A stretch of DNA of 64,000 nt from an uncultured Bacteroidales bacterium (GCA_963779845.1 CAVZZV010000005.1:956245-1020244); one strand, 5' to 3'; shown: positions 50,795-61,190, numbered from the stretch's first letter. The notes: a model not told the origin generated them from the sequence alone. A program made the numbers and translations.

Positions 50795-51917
50795 CGCTCA
50801 TGGTTTTTTCAATGAGTACCCATAAACGTTCAGCGGTTTTTTCCCAGCTAAACTTGTTGGCACGGACCAATCCCTTTTGGATAAATTCTTCCCTCAGGGC
50901 CTCATCTTTTGCAAACAATTCCATGCCCCGAACTATTCCTGAGATATCATGAGGAGAGTACAAAAGGGCAGCATCCCCTGCTACCTCCGGTATGGAGGTG
51001 GTGTTGGAAGCAATTACCGGTACCCCACAACGCATGGCTTCCAAAACCGGAATCCCGAATCCTTCGAAAAAAGGGATGAAAACCATCGCGGTTGCCGTGG
51101 CCAGAGTCTTGTGCAAATGTTCTGGCCCCAGACGGCCTGTAAAAATAACATCATCCCTATACTTCATCATAGAATATACCTGTTCGATTTCCTTCGTCAT
51201 AAACATCTTTTCACCTACTATAATAAGACGAAAATCAGTGTTATAATGGTCCCGGAAAAGATCAAAAGAGCGTAATAATCCTGGAATATTTTTCCGTGGA
51301 TGCATAGAACCAACAAAAATAAAGTAAGGGACACCCCCCGTCAGTTCTTTTCTTATATCCTCTTTTTCAAGTTTTTCCAAAGGGAAATACTCACTATTCA
51401 CCCCGTTATAGAGCACCTCAATTTTATTCGCCGCGATCCCGTAGGCTGTTTGGATATCTCTTTTTGAATAGGCGGATACTGTCCCAATTGCCCGTGCTCT
51501 GCTGGCAAAACGCGGAAAGAAAAAGTTATAATAAACTCTGGATGAAAATGGAAGATCCCTGGGCCGATGATAAAAATTGATATCATGGATTATGGCAATG
51601 GAGGGAATATCAGTGCGAAGGGGAATATATCCATCCGGTGAAAGAAAAACATCAGCCTTCAGTTGTTTTAGCATCCGCGGAATTGAGAACTCAAACCAGA
51701 TAAACCAAAGCAGAGGATGCCTGGTGGGTGGCCACAAAACTACCGGAGTGATGTTTCCGGAAAAAATGAAGGAAGGATCAAACTTCCGGTCGAATAAAAA
51801 AATGAATTCGTGCTCAGGATGTTCCCGGCAGATCCTTATTAAAGTCTCATAGCTGAACCACCCTATTCCGTCAAGTTTATTTTTTATTAAAAGGCGGGTG
51901 TTTACTGCAATTTTCAT
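50787..51917 (-). CDS. family 4 glycosyltransferase
   Basis: 376 aa, GT-B fold, with FFEGFGIPVLEAMRCGVPVIASN. Confidence 0.75.
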   Translation of the reverse strand: MKIAVNTRLLIKNKLDGIGWFSYETLIRICREHPEHEFIFLFDRKFDPSFIFSGNITPVVLWPPTRHPLLWFIWFEFSIPRMLKQLKADVFLSPDGYIPLRTDIPSIAIIHDINFYHRPRDLPFSSRVYYNFFFPRFASRARAIGTVSAYSKRDIQTAYGIAANKIEVLYNGVNSEYFPLEKLEKEDIRKELTGGVPYFIFVGSMHPRKNIPGLLRSFDLFRDHYNTDFRLIIVGEKMFMTKEIEQVYSMMKYRDDVIFTGRLGPEHLHKTLATATAMVFIPFFEGFGIPVLEAMRCGVPVIASNTTSIPEVAGDAALLYSPHDISGIVRGMELFAKDEALREEFIQKGLVRANKFSWEKTAERLWVLIEKTMSDA

Positions 51918-51997
51918 TCACTCTTCAAAATTTATCTGTCCAATGAAAGGGCTGAATTTCCGGTAAAGGTAAAAGTTTAACGTTAATATATTTATTT

Positions 51998-53461
51998 TTG
52001 CAGAAATTTGCTCCAGACTTGAAACGAAAGTTCATAACTAATCTCGCCCTGCTGCTGTTCCTTAACCTTATGGTCAAGCCATTCTGGATTTTCGGAATTG
52101 ACCGTAAAGTGCAGAATATGGTCGGGGCAGAAGAATATGGCCTCTATTTTTCACTTTTTAGTCTTTCCATACTCCTCAACATACTGCTGGACATTGGCCT
52201 CACCAACTTTAACAACAGGGAAATCGCCCAAAACAGGGAGAGGCTTACCTCCAATTTGTCCGCCATAATACCTCTTAAAATTGGCCTGGCCATAATTTAC
52301 GCAATAGTAGTAATGGGAACAGGACTGGCTCTTGGATATTCTCAAAGGCAGTTCAATATACTGTGGATCTTAATCTTAAACCAATTTCTCTCCTCCTTCA
52401 TCCTCTACCTCCGCTCCAATATCAGCGGACTCCATCTCTTCAGAACCGATAGTATTCTCTCAGTAATGGACAGGGTGTTGATGATCCTACTTTGCAGCCT
52501 CCTAATCTGGTCCGATTTATTTAGAGGAAGTTTTAAAATTGAATGGTTTATATATGCCCAAACAATCTCTTACCTGCTTACCGGAATCCTGGTACTTATT
52601 ATTGTCATACGAAGGGCTGGTAAGTTCTATCTGGATCTCCGATGGCAATACGGCTTGAGTATCCTGCGGAAGAGTTATCCCTTTGCCATCCTGGTATTGC
52701 TTATGTCCTTTTTCAACCGCATAGATTCGGTGATGCTGGAAAGAATGCTGACCGGAGGAAAAACAGAAGCCGGCATTTATGCCCAGAGTTTCAGAATACT
52801 CGATGCGACCTCTATGTTTGCATTATTGTTTGCCGGCTTGCTACTCCCAATTTTTTCGAGAATGATCAAGCAACGGGAAGATACTGCCGGATTGGTTGGC
52901 CTTTCCTTTTCGCTTTTGTTAGTCCCGGCGCTTACTCTGGTGATTCTTTCCTTTATTTATAACCGGGAAATCATCTCATTACTATACCTGGAACATCTCC
53001 AATACTCCGCCCAGATATACCGTATCCTTATGGTTTCTCTCCTTTTTACCTCCACCTCCTATATTTTCGGAACATTGCTCACGGCCAACGGAAGTTTAAG
53101 ACAATTGAATATTCTGGCAGCATGCACACTTTTCCTGAACGTAAGCCTTAACTTCATCCTTATTCCCCGGTACGCGGCAAAAGGAGCGGCTATAGCAAAT
53201 ATTTCTGCGCAGGGATTCTACGCGATTTCCCAGGTCATTACTGCCAAATACCTCCTGCAATTAAGAATAAACAAGGGCCTGATATATCGCTTATTGGCCT
53301 ACGCTCTGATTTTAACCCTCCTAACCTGGATTACCAGTCTGATTTTGAGTAATTGGATTGCAGGGTTTATTATAATATGTATCCTGGCAGTCATCCTTAT
53401 GTGGGTCCTGAAGATCAATACCCCGAAGTCATTGTACCTGATCGTTAAAAATAATACCTGA
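51998..53461 (+). CDS. polysaccharide flippase (Wzx/MOP-family) membrane protein
   Basis: 487 aa with about 12-14 TM helices. Divergent from the GT4 gene. Apparent TTG start. Confidence 0.6.
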   Translation: MQKFAPDLKRKFITNLALLLFLNLMVKPFWIFGIDRKVQNMVGAEEYGLYFSLFSLSILLNILLDIGLTNFNNREIAQNRERLTSNLSAIIPLKIGLAIIYAIVVMGTGLALGYSQRQFNILWILILNQFLSSFILYLRSNISGLHLFRTDSILSVMDRVLMILLCSLLIWSDLFRGSFKIEWFIYAQTISYLLTGILVLIIVIRRAGKFYLDLRWQYGLSILRKSYPFAILVLLMSFFNRIDSVMLERMLTGGKTEAGIYAQSFRILDATSMFALLFAGLLLPIFSRMIKQREDTAGLVGLSFSLLLVPALTLVILSFIYNREIISLLYLEHLQYSAQIYRILMVSLLFTSTSYIFGTLLTANGSLRQLNILAACTLFLNVSLNFILIPRYAAKGAAIANISAQGFYAISQVITAKYLLQLRINKGLIYRLLAYALILTLLTWITSLILSNWIAGFIIICILAVILMWVLKINTPKSLYLIVKNNT

Positions 53462-53569
53462 GCAAATCAAATTGTTAGCAATTTGTTAATTAATTAGCTC
53501 TGTTGAATTAGCCGGGAAAGGATGAATTTTCTATTTTTGGAAGCGATATAAATAAACCCTCCTGCTGTT

Positions 53570-53776
53570 TTGAAAAGAAAGATCCCAAAAGCTCCCAGAA
53601 CGGAGGATATGCTCAGAAGAAACCGGCAGGCTTTCCTGTTCAATGACAGGGAATTAAAGGCTTTTGAAACCTACTGTGCGAAATACAAAATAAAGAACAA
53701 GGCTCGGTTCATGCGGGAGACCATCATTGCAGAGGTACTGCGTAAATTCGAGGAAGACCATCCAACCCTGTTTTAA
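53570..53776 (+). CDS. small basic hypothetical protein (possible ribbon-helix-helix)
   Basis: 68 aa. FLFNDRELKAFETYCAKYKIKNKARFMRETIIAEVL has a beta-alpha-alpha-like pattern. The start is uncertain: TTG at 53570 or ATG at 53609. Confidence 0.35.
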   Translation: MKRKIPKAPRTEDMLRRNRQAFLFNDRELKAFETYCAKYKIKNKARFMRETIIAEVLRKFEEDHPTLF

Positions 53777-53833
53777 TAGTCAATAAGCATTTCAATTATT
53801 ACAGCTTTTTTTTATCTTTACGCCATTCATAAG

Positions 53834-54205
53834 ATGCAAATTATGCAAATTGAAGGCACAAAGGTAACACCCTATATTTCAATATTAGATGGTATTTTCG
53901 AGATTAAGGGAAGATCAATACCCGAAGATGCTTTTGATTTTTATGCCCCTATGGTTCATGAAGTGCAGGATTATCTGGAGCATCCTAAAAGCTCCACTGA
54001 ACTTCGTTTCCATCTGGAATACATCAATAGCGGTTCCAAAAAATATCTGACCAATATACTCGCCCGCTTTAATGATTTCTACCTCGAAGGAAACGAAATC
54101 GTCATTTATTGGTACTTTGACCATGATGATGAATCCATGCAGGAACTTGCCATCGACCTGCGTTCAATGGTGCAGATTCCTTTTCATATTATTGAAGTAA
54201 GTTAA
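53834..54205 (+). CDS. DUF1987 (SiaC-like) protein
   Basis: 123 aa with TPYISILDGIFEIKGRSIPEDAFDFYAPM and LEYINSGSKKYL, a characteristic DUF1987 layout. Confidence 0.6.
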   Translation: MQIMQIEGTKVTPYISILDGIFEIKGRSIPEDAFDFYAPMVHEVQDYLEHPKSSTELRFHLEYINSGSKKYLTNILARFNDFYLEGNEIVIYWYFDHDDESMQELAIDLRSMVQIPFHIIEVS

Positions 54206-54292
54206 TTTCGCTATTCCTTTAGCTCTTCTCATACCCATAAGGGAATAATCATGAATATTTTTGGGGTTCGTTGCAAACACGGAAATTATTCT

Positions 54293-54300
54293 TAACTTTG
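54293..54300 (+). promoter_or_regulatory. candidate -7 promoter box (TAnnTTTG) for the tRNA
   Basis: TAACTTTG lies 38 nt upstream of tRNA position 1. Confidence 0.3.
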
Positions 54301-54337
54301 CAGCACCAAAACGAAAAACTCCATATCAAAAATATAT

Positions 54338-54410
<73 letters not shown>

Positions 54411-54415
54411 CTACG

Positions 54416-54456
54416 AACCCTCTGAAGTCATTGATTTCAGAGGGTTTTTCTTTTTG
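54416..54456 (+). terminator. rho-independent terminator after the tRNA
   Basis: AACCCTCTGAA-gtcattgat-TTCAGAGGGTT followed by TTTTCTTTTT. Confidence 0.7.
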
Positions 54457-54727
54457 TGCAGACAAAATGGACCCTAACAACTTCATGACATCATTTGAAC
54501 AACATGTAACCCCTACCCCCTATCTACGTATCAGGGGATATTGAGGGTGCTAGTTGTGCAATATATTTTGCAAATAATAATTTTGCATTTCACGCCTTTT
54601 GCGAAGAGCAAAAGAAAGCGCCACTTAAACAGTGTATGTATCTACGTTAGCAGTAATTACAAACTACTTTCTTTGGTACAATATTTAAATTAGATAACTA
54701 AATCCCATTGTAATAAAAAACAAATTT

Positions 54728-55477
54728 ATGAAAACAGTAAAAAATTACTCAACTATTACATTAATGCTAATCGTACTTTTCAGTTTGACATCTAACATTG
54801 CTAAAGCGCAATTAAGAACGCCTAGTTCAGTAGGAAAATATGAAAAAGGTACAATAACTATTGAAAATGGGGAAGAGATTAGTGGATACATATTTATGGA
54901 TATGATGAATCCTCAAGAATTTCAAAAAAGGGTTAACCTGATTGACGAGAAAACCTATACGGCTTTCAGTGAAGGGGAAAAAATAGATAACGGCGTTGTG
55001 GTATATGATGCCAACGACTTGCAAAGTTTTACACTTGAAAACGGTAAAAAATTCAAAAAGGCAAAATATGCCAATCTATTTGCTAAAAGAAAACAAGACA
55101 TGATTCCTAAAAATCTTATGCTAGAAGTTGTTACTGAAGGAAAGATTATCGTTTATAAAAAGTATCACCACACCCAGGGTATAGTTTCTCCCTACTTACC
55201 TGACCGTACTAAAGTTAATGATGCTGAATATGTCAAATGGCAGGAAAACAACTTTGAGATTCTTTCCCAGAAAGAAGGAGAGGAGGCGAAAAATATGTCT
55301 ACAATCAATATAAAGTCTCTTGTAGGTGATAATAAAACCGTTTTAACTAATTATGCTAAAGACAAATATGGTTTTAGAACCTTTTTTACTAAAGGACCCG
55401 TCTTTGAATCCAGCTTCCAACTAGATGCTTTAGAGGCGTTCACTAAAATGGTAGAAGATTATAATAAAGAACAATAG
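54728..55477 (+). CDS. hypothetical secreted protein (AT-rich orphan)
   Basis: 249 aa with signal peptide ITLMLIVLFSLTSNIAKAQ, K/E-rich. No family recognised. The first 100 nt are about 30% G+C by hand count, against roughly 40-45% in neighbouring genes. Confidence 0.5.
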   Translation: MKTVKNYSTITLMLIVLFSLTSNIAKAQLRTPSSVGKYEKGTITIENGEEISGYIFMDMMNPQEFQKRVNLIDEKTYTAFSEGEKIDNGVVVYDANDLQSFTLENGKKFKKAKYANLFAKRKQDMIPKNLMLEVVTEGKIIVYKKYHHTQGIVSPYLPDRTKVNDAEYVKWQENNFEILSQKEGEEAKNMSTINIKSLVGDNKTVLTNYAKDKYGFRTFFTKGPVFESSFQLDALEAFTKMVEDYNKEQ

Positions 55478-55582
55478 TAGAAAAGGAATTGGAACGGCAC
55501 TGGTATTTAGAGCATTACAAACTTTTTGAATATCCCTCACCAAATCGAAGTTAGATATTTGAATCGTATAGTCTGTTAAAAG

Positions 55583-55632
55583 GCAGAGTGAGAGTGCAGC
55601 GCGAGAGCGGAGCACGAACACTCTGCTTTTTT
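55583..55632 (+). terminator. long structured terminator hairpin
   Basis: GCAGAGTG..GTGC..CGC-GAGA-GCG..GCAC..CACTCTGC followed by TTTTTT. Confidence 0.6.
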
Positions 55633-55820
55633 ACTGCCTACAAAATTAAAACCGGATAAGCTAAAAAGCGGCAAAGGGTTGGGTATGGATTAAACAGGAA
55701 ATCCAGGGTGAAGAGGAAAACATGGCCTCAGGGAGGGAAGTTAACAGATTCCCAAAAAAATCTTACTTTTGCACTTTCCACAGCAACGAATAAAGATCAT
55801 TAATTTATAATAAACTTTCT

Positions 55821-56204
55821 ATGCCCAGAATTTTTAAACCGGTAGACATAAGCCTTGAGGAAAAAGAGGTGCGGAAAGATTACTTTGACCGGCACACCCC
55901 AAGGATTATTTGTGCTGACACTGCGGAGAGAAATGAAAAATTCGCTGTAAAAATCATGATGGGCGAGGAATATCCACATCCCGATGAGGCAGATCATTAC
56001 ATAAGTTCCATCCAGCTTTGGAACCGGGAGACCCTTTTGACCCAGGTACATTTTGCCCCTGGTGTTTTAGGAAATAGTCCCGGACATGTAGAGGTCGATT
56101 TTCATATTGTTCCAAAAATGAGTATGAACCTTACTGTAATGGCCGTTTGCACCAAACATGGATTATGGCAGAGCGATTCAAAGGAAGTGAACGTGGTCGA
56201 TTAA
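55821..56204 (+). CDS. superoxide reductase (desulfoferrodoxin ferrous-iron-binding domain, neelaredoxin-like)
   Basis: 127 aa with EEYPHPDEADHYISSIQLW and CTKHGLW iron ligand motifs. Confidence 0.8.
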   Translation: MPRIFKPVDISLEEKEVRKDYFDRHTPRIICADTAERNEKFAVKIMMGEEYPHPDEADHYISSIQLWNRETLLTQVHFAPGVLGNSPGHVEVDFHIVPKMSMNLTVMAVCTKHGLWQSDSKEVNVVD

Positions 56205-56214
56205 TTAACCCATC

Positions 56215-57081
56215 ATGCCTGACAAAAAGAAAGAAAAAAGAAAATTCCTTGAAAAGTTAACCCATAAATACCGGCTCGTTCTTCTCAACGACCGGAACTT
56301 TCAGGAAGTTGGATTTTTGCGCATCACCCGCTTAAATGTGGTGGTTGTGGCTGGTATTTTTATCTTAATCCTGGTTGCCTTTTTTTGGTCTGTTATTGCC
56401 TATACCCCTGTCAGGGAGCTAATTCCCGGATATCCCGATGCAGAGATGAGGAACAACATTGTCCGGGGCAAAATCCGCCTGGACAGTCTGGAAATCGAGT
56501 TAAAATATAGGGATTCTTATTTCGACAACCTGAAAAGTATTATTTCCGGGGAGCGGACTAAGGATTATACCGGTTCATCCGACGCGGTTATAGCCAGTCT
56601 ACCGGTTATAATAGAACCATCAGGAAGGGATAGCCTGCCACCTCAGGAAATTAATTTTAACCTTCCCCCGACAAACCTTTCCTCTGCCGGCTCAACTTCA
56701 GTAAAGTTAGACAAGCTCCATTTTTTTAGCCCGGTTAGGGGAATGGTGACCAACTCTTTTAATCCCCTCGCGAACCATTTCGGTACCGATGTGGTAGCAG
56801 GTCCTAACGAAGTAGTGAAAGCAACACTCGACGGCACCGTTACGATCGCCACCTGGACATTGGAAACGGGATATATAATTCAGATCCAGCATAACAATAA
56901 TCTAATCTCCGTTTATAAGCATAATGCTGAAATTCTCAAAAAAGTCGGTTCCAAAGTGAAAGCCGGAGACGCCATCGCCATTATCGGAAATTCCGGGGAG
57001 TTGACCACAGGTCCTCATCTTCATTTTGAGATCTGGCAAAATGGCAACCCCCTGAACCCTGAAGACCTAATTGTTTTTTAA
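56215..57081 (+). CDS. M23-family metallopeptidase
   Basis: 288 aa with an N-terminal TM, HFGTDV and GNSGELTTGPHLHFEIW. Confidence 0.8.
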   Translation: MPDKKKEKRKFLEKLTHKYRLVLLNDRNFQEVGFLRITRLNVVVVAGIFILILVAFFWSVIAYTPVRELIPGYPDAEMRNNIVRGKIRLDSLEIELKYRDSYFDNLKSIISGERTKDYTGSSDAVIASLPVIIEPSGRDSLPPQEINFNLPPTNLSSAGSTSVKLDKLHFFSPVRGMVTNSFNPLANHFGTDVVAGPNEVVKATLDGTVTIATWTLETGYIIQIQHNNNLISVYKHNAEILKKVGSKVKAGDAIAIIGNSGELTTGPHLHFEIWQNGNPLNPEDLIVF

Positions 57082-57084
57082 TAT

Positions 57085-58248
57085 TTGACAGTGACCAGAA
57101 AAAAAATAGCCATACTTGGTTCGACAGGTTCAATTGGGAAACAGGCCATTGAAATCATCAATCAATACCCTGAACTCTTTACCGCGGAAGTCCTGACAGC
57201 CTTTAACAATGCCGAATTACTCGTCAAACAGGCCATACAACTGGTGCCGAATATAGTGGTTATCGGGAATCCTGATAAATATGACTTTGTAAAGGATCAG
57301 CTTTCAAACTTTCCGGTCAAGGTTTTTGCCGGACTGAAATCTATTGCCGATGTGGCCGAAATGGACAGCGTCGATATGGTGCTTACTGCCATGGTGGGTT
57401 TTGCCGGGTTGCTCCCCACCCTTAAAGCCATCGGGGCGGGAAAAACAATAGCCCTTGCCAATAAGGAAACTATGGTAGTTGCGGGAGAGCTCATCAGCAG
57501 GCTGGCCGTAAAAAATAAAGTTAAGATACTCCCTGTAGATTCTGAGCATTCAGCTATTTTTCAATGTCTGGCCGGGGAAAAAATTGAAGAGCTCGAAAAG
57601 ATTATCCTTACCGCCTCCGGGGGGCCCTTCCGAACCAAATCGATGGACTTTTTAAAAAATGCCGGCAGGTCCGATGCCCTCAACCATCCGAACTGGTGCA
57701 TGGGTGATAAAATAAGTATAGACTCTGCATCCCTAATGAATAAAGGTCTTGAAGCGATCGAGGCCCGGTGGCTTTTTGGGGTAAAGCCTGATGCTATTGA
57801 AGTCCTCGTGCATCCACAATCGATTATACATTCTATGGTCCGCTTTACCGATGGTTCAATTAAGGCTCAAATGAGCCTTCCTGATATGAGAATGCCAATC
57901 CAATATGCCTTCACCTATCCAAACCGTATTAAATCAGAGCTGCCCCGCCTCGATTTCAATAAATGTGCAAATCTGACATTTGAAGCTCCTGATCCGAAAA
58001 AATTTCGTAATCTTGCAATCTCTTTTGAGGTCATGAAAAAAGGAGGGAATGCCCCCTGCATCATGAACGCGGCCAATGAGATTGTGGTGGAGGCCTTTCT
58101 CCGGGAGAAAATTAAATTCCTTGATATGCCCGAGATTATTGAAAAAGTTCTTATAAATCAGCATTTTATCAATGAACCGGGATATGAGGACTACCTCACT
58201 TCTGATGCAGAAGCGAGAAAATATGCAAAACAGTTAATAAACCGTTAG
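57085..58248 (+). CDS. dxr: 1-deoxy-D-xylulose-5-phosphate reductoisomerase
   Basis: 387 aa with ILGSTGSIGKQ, LANKE, DSEHSAIFQC and NKGLE. Confidence 0.95.
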   Translation: MTVTRKKIAILGSTGSIGKQAIEIINQYPELFTAEVLTAFNNAELLVKQAIQLVPNIVVIGNPDKYDFVKDQLSNFPVKVFAGLKSIADVAEMDSVDMVLTAMVGFAGLLPTLKAIGAGKTIALANKETMVVAGELISRLAVKNKVKILPVDSEHSAIFQCLAGEKIEELEKIILTASGGPFRTKSMDFLKNAGRSDALNHPNWCMGDKISIDSASLMNKGLEAIEARWLFGVKPDAIEVLVHPQSIIHSMVRFTDGSIKAQMSLPDMRMPIQYAFTYPNRIKSELPRLDFNKCANLTFEAPDPKKFRNLAISFEVMKKGGNAPCIMNAANEIVVEAFLREKIKFLDMPEIIEKVLINQHFINEPGYEDYLTSDAEARKYAKQLINR

Positions 58249-58249
58249 A

Positions 58250-59578
58250 ATGGAAATAGTAATAAAAATAGGACAATTTCTGCTTAGTCTCTCGATCCTG
58301 ATCATCCTTCATGAAATGGGTCATTTTTTCTTCGCCAAATTATTTAAAACCCGGGTGGAAAAGTTTTATCTTTTTTTCGACCCATGGTTCTCAATTTTTA
58401 AGAAAAAAATCGGCGACACAGAATATGGAATAGGCTGGTTGCCCCTTGGGGGTTACGTAAAGATCTCCGGGATGATCGACGAATCCATGGACAAAGAACA
58501 AATGAAACAACCACCCAAGGAATACGAATTCCGTTCTAAACCCAGTTGGCAAAGACTTTTGATAATGCTCGGCGGGGTCACGGTGAATTTTCTTTTTGCC
58601 ATGGCTATTTACATTACCGTACTTTATGCCTGGGGCGAAACCTACCTTCCCGTTAGCAATATGAAGTATGGTATAATGGTCGATTCCACCGCTGCCAACC
58701 TGGGTTTGCAAAATGGAGATAAAATCATTAGTGTCGGGGGTAAAAAGGTGGAAAATTATCTCTCCATTGTTCATGATATCGTAGTTGATGAGGCTAAAAC
58801 CATCCAGGTTGAACGGAATGGAAAAAAGAGGGAGATTGTCCTTCCTCAGAATACCATTTCCACCCTGCTAAAATCAGAATTGCCCATCTTACCCCGTATG
58901 CCATTTTATGTGGAAAGTTTTGCCGGAAAAGATTCTGCAGCCTATGGGTCCGGTCTGAGAGTTCAGGATCGCATTATCGGGATAAACGGGAAGGAAACCC
59001 AATTCTTCGACCAATTTAAATCGGAGATAAAAAATTATCGTGATCAACCGGTGTCGTTGACCATTGTGCGGGCAGATTCCGATACCCTGAACATTATAGT
59101 CCCGGTATCTGATAATTCTACCATTGGTGTATACCCTGATATTAACCTGGAACATTATTTCACTCTTGAAAAAAGAAAATACAGCATAGCCGCTTCCATT
59201 CCCGCTGGTATTAACAAAGGTTACAACATGGCGGCTTCTTACCTAAAACAGCTTAAACTTCTTTTCAAACCCGAAACCAAAGCTTATGAGGAATTGGGCG
59301 GATTTATTAAAATCGGAAGCATATTCCCGGGAGTGTGGGATTGGCAGGCATTCTGGAACCTTACCGCATTCCTCTCCCTGATCCTGGCTATTATGAATAT
59401 TCTTCCTATTCCGGCATTGGATGGCGGTCATGTTACTTTTCTTCTTTATGAGATAATTACCGGTAGAAAGCCCAGCGACAAATTCATGGAAACCGCACAA
59501 ATCGTAGGAATGGTAATCCTTCTTTCCCTGTTGGTTTACGCGAATGGCAACGACATTATTGGCCTTTTTAAAAAATAG
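58250..59578 (+). CDS. rseP: RIP (site-2) metalloprotease RseP
   Basis: 442 aa with HEMGHF (HExxH), PDZ region(s) and NILPIPALDGGH. Confidence 0.85.
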   Translation: MEIVIKIGQFLLSLSILIILHEMGHFFFAKLFKTRVEKFYLFFDPWFSIFKKKIGDTEYGIGWLPLGGYVKISGMIDESMDKEQMKQPPKEYEFRSKPSWQRLLIMLGGVTVNFLFAMAIYITVLYAWGETYLPVSNMKYGIMVDSTAANLGLQNGDKIISVGGKKVENYLSIVHDIVVDEAKTIQVERNGKKREIVLPQNTISTLLKSELPILPRMPFYVESFAGKDSAAYGSGLRVQDRIIGINGKETQFFDQFKSEIKNYRDQPVSLTIVRADSDTLNIIVPVSDNSTIGVYPDINLEHYFTLEKRKYSIAASIPAGINKGYNMAASYLKQLKLLFKPETKAYEELGGFIKIGSIFPGVWDWQAFWNLTAFLSLILAIMNILPIPALDGGHVTFLLYEIITGRKPSDKFMETAQIVGMVILLSLLVYANGNDIIGLFKK

Positions 59579-59643
59579 ACAGTTTTAAAACCATGTACGA
59601 TTTTTTTTCTACCTTTGTATGCTAATCAATTAATAAACCCGTT

Positions 59644-59838
59644 ATGGAATCTCTCGTAATTCTTGGAATGTTTGGCCCTACCGAAATTATTATCATCGTG
59701 CTGATTGTAGTTCTGTTGTTTGGGGGCCGTAAAATTCCCGAACTCATGAAAGGTATTGGTCAGGGAATGAAAGAATTCAAAAAAGCCACAAAAGACGAGC
59801 CCGAGAAAAATGGTGCCAGTCCGGAAGTCGAAAAATAA
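59644..59838 (+). CDS. tatA: twin-arginine translocase subunit TatA/E
   Basis: 64 aa with [39 protein letters not shown]. Confidence 0.85.
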   Translation: MESLVILGMFGPTEIIIIVLIVVLLFGGRKIPELMKGIGQGMKEFKKATKDEPEKNGASPEVEK

Positions 59839-59953
59839 AAGGACATTATAGATAGGACATTTCCGGATTGCCTTGAATGGTCTCCACCCATAGTAAGTGC
59901 ATTCCTCCTAGACTAATCGCCTCTCCCTAAATTCTGATTTGAATACGACATGC

Positions 59954-59984
59954 AAACCGTTCTCAGGACGGTTTTGTGTTTTAT
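59954..59984 (+). terminator. candidate rho-independent terminator
   Basis: AAACCGT-tctcagg-ACGGTTT followed by TGTGTTTT, about 115 nt after the tatA stop. Confidence 0.5.
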
Positions 59985-60185
59985 ATTCAGAGGGCCAATT
60001 TCCTAAAAGCAGAATAGTTAATTTCTTCATTGCCTTTAATATTCTGACATATAATACATTATCATCGTTTTGGGCTATAACTTAATATGCGGATCGTGCA
60101 TTCTGCTTTCGATTCAACTTAGGCACAAAATTTGCTAAATATTCATGCCTCTTTTTTGAGCCACTCTTTTTAAAACAAAGTTACC

Positions 60186-61190
60186 ATGAAGCATCAACTA
60201 CTCACCTTATTTCTTATTGTTTTCAGCCTTAGTTCGTGCAAGAATTTTACAAATTCCGGATCTGCCGGTAAAGCCGGTAATTTGTTGCTTCCCGGAATTT
60301 CAGGTGCTGCCGGAGAAGTATTATTGGTAATGGACAATGCCCTGTGGAAAGATTCTCCTGGCTATTTGTTTCGGGAAATTCTGGAGCAGGAGTATCCGGC
60401 CCTACCACAACCTGAACCATTGTTCGACCTTGTTCATGTTAATCCGGCTGCTTTTGATAATTTATTCCAACATCACCGAACGATAATAGTTGTTACTGTT
60501 TCCTCTGAGTATCCGGAAACTAAAATTGCTTTTTATGAAAATCTCTGGGCAAAACCACAGTTGGTTGTGCGGATAAATGCCACCGACAAGGAATCCCTGG
60601 ACGAATTGCTTAAAAGAGAATCTACCAGGCTCGTAAATAACATTCAGCAATACGATCGTAAACGGTTGATTGATGTATTTAAAGACAGTAAAGATCCTGA
60701 AATCAGGAACCTGGTTTCAAAATTTAACTTAAAACTGGCCATTCCAAGAGGGTATAAAACAGATCTTGTGAAAGATGATTTCGCCTCTTTGTCGATTGAA
60801 ACCCCGAAAACAAGCCAGGTTATCTTTATATACGAATATCCATACGAAGGAACGGGAGAGTTATCAACAAACAAAATTATTGAAGAAAGAAATGCATTTC
60901 TCCGGAAATACACACAAGGAAGCCGTCCTGGTTCCTATATGACAACCGCTCCGCTCTATCCACCCATAACTTATGACCTGGTTAAAAACAGCAGGGAGTA
61001 TATAGAGGTGCGCGGGCTCTGGGATCTGGTTAAGGGATATATGGGCGGGCCCTTCATCAGCCATTCCACCATTGATAAGAAAAGGAGCAGAGTGGTGGTT
61101 GTTGAAGGATATGTGTATAATCCCAATGAGAAAAAAAGGAATCTCATGCGCCAGATGGAAGCCATTGTATATTCAATGGAGGTTCTGTAG
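60186..61190 (+). CDS. hypothetical lipoprotein (DUF4837-like)
   Basis: 334 aa with LFLIVFSLSSC lipobox. The family call is from memory only. Confidence 0.45.
   Translation: MKHQLLTLFLIVFSLSSCKNFTNSGSAGKAGNLLLPGISGAAGEVLLVMDNALWKDSPGYLFREILEQEYPALPQPEPLFDLVHVNPAAFDNLFQHHRTIIVVTVSSEYPETKIAFYENLWAKPQLVVRINATDKESLDELLKRESTRLVNNIQQYDRKRLIDVFKDSKDPEIRNLVSKFNLKLAIPRGYKTDLVKDDFASLSIETPKTSQVIFIYEYPYEGTGELSTNKIIEERNAFLRKYTQGSRPGSYMTTAPLYPPITYDLVKNSREYIEVRGLWDLVKGYMGGPFISHSTIDKKRSRVVVVEGYVYNPNEKKRNLMRQMEAIVYSMEVL

Noticed and set aside
54411-55820. Integrated mobile element or prophage remnant at the tRNA-Met 3' end
   Set aside because: There is no integrase, transposase or phage gene. I could find no direct repeat of the tRNA 3' end downstream. 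Only the AT-rich orphan gene remains, and it is reported as a low-key finding.
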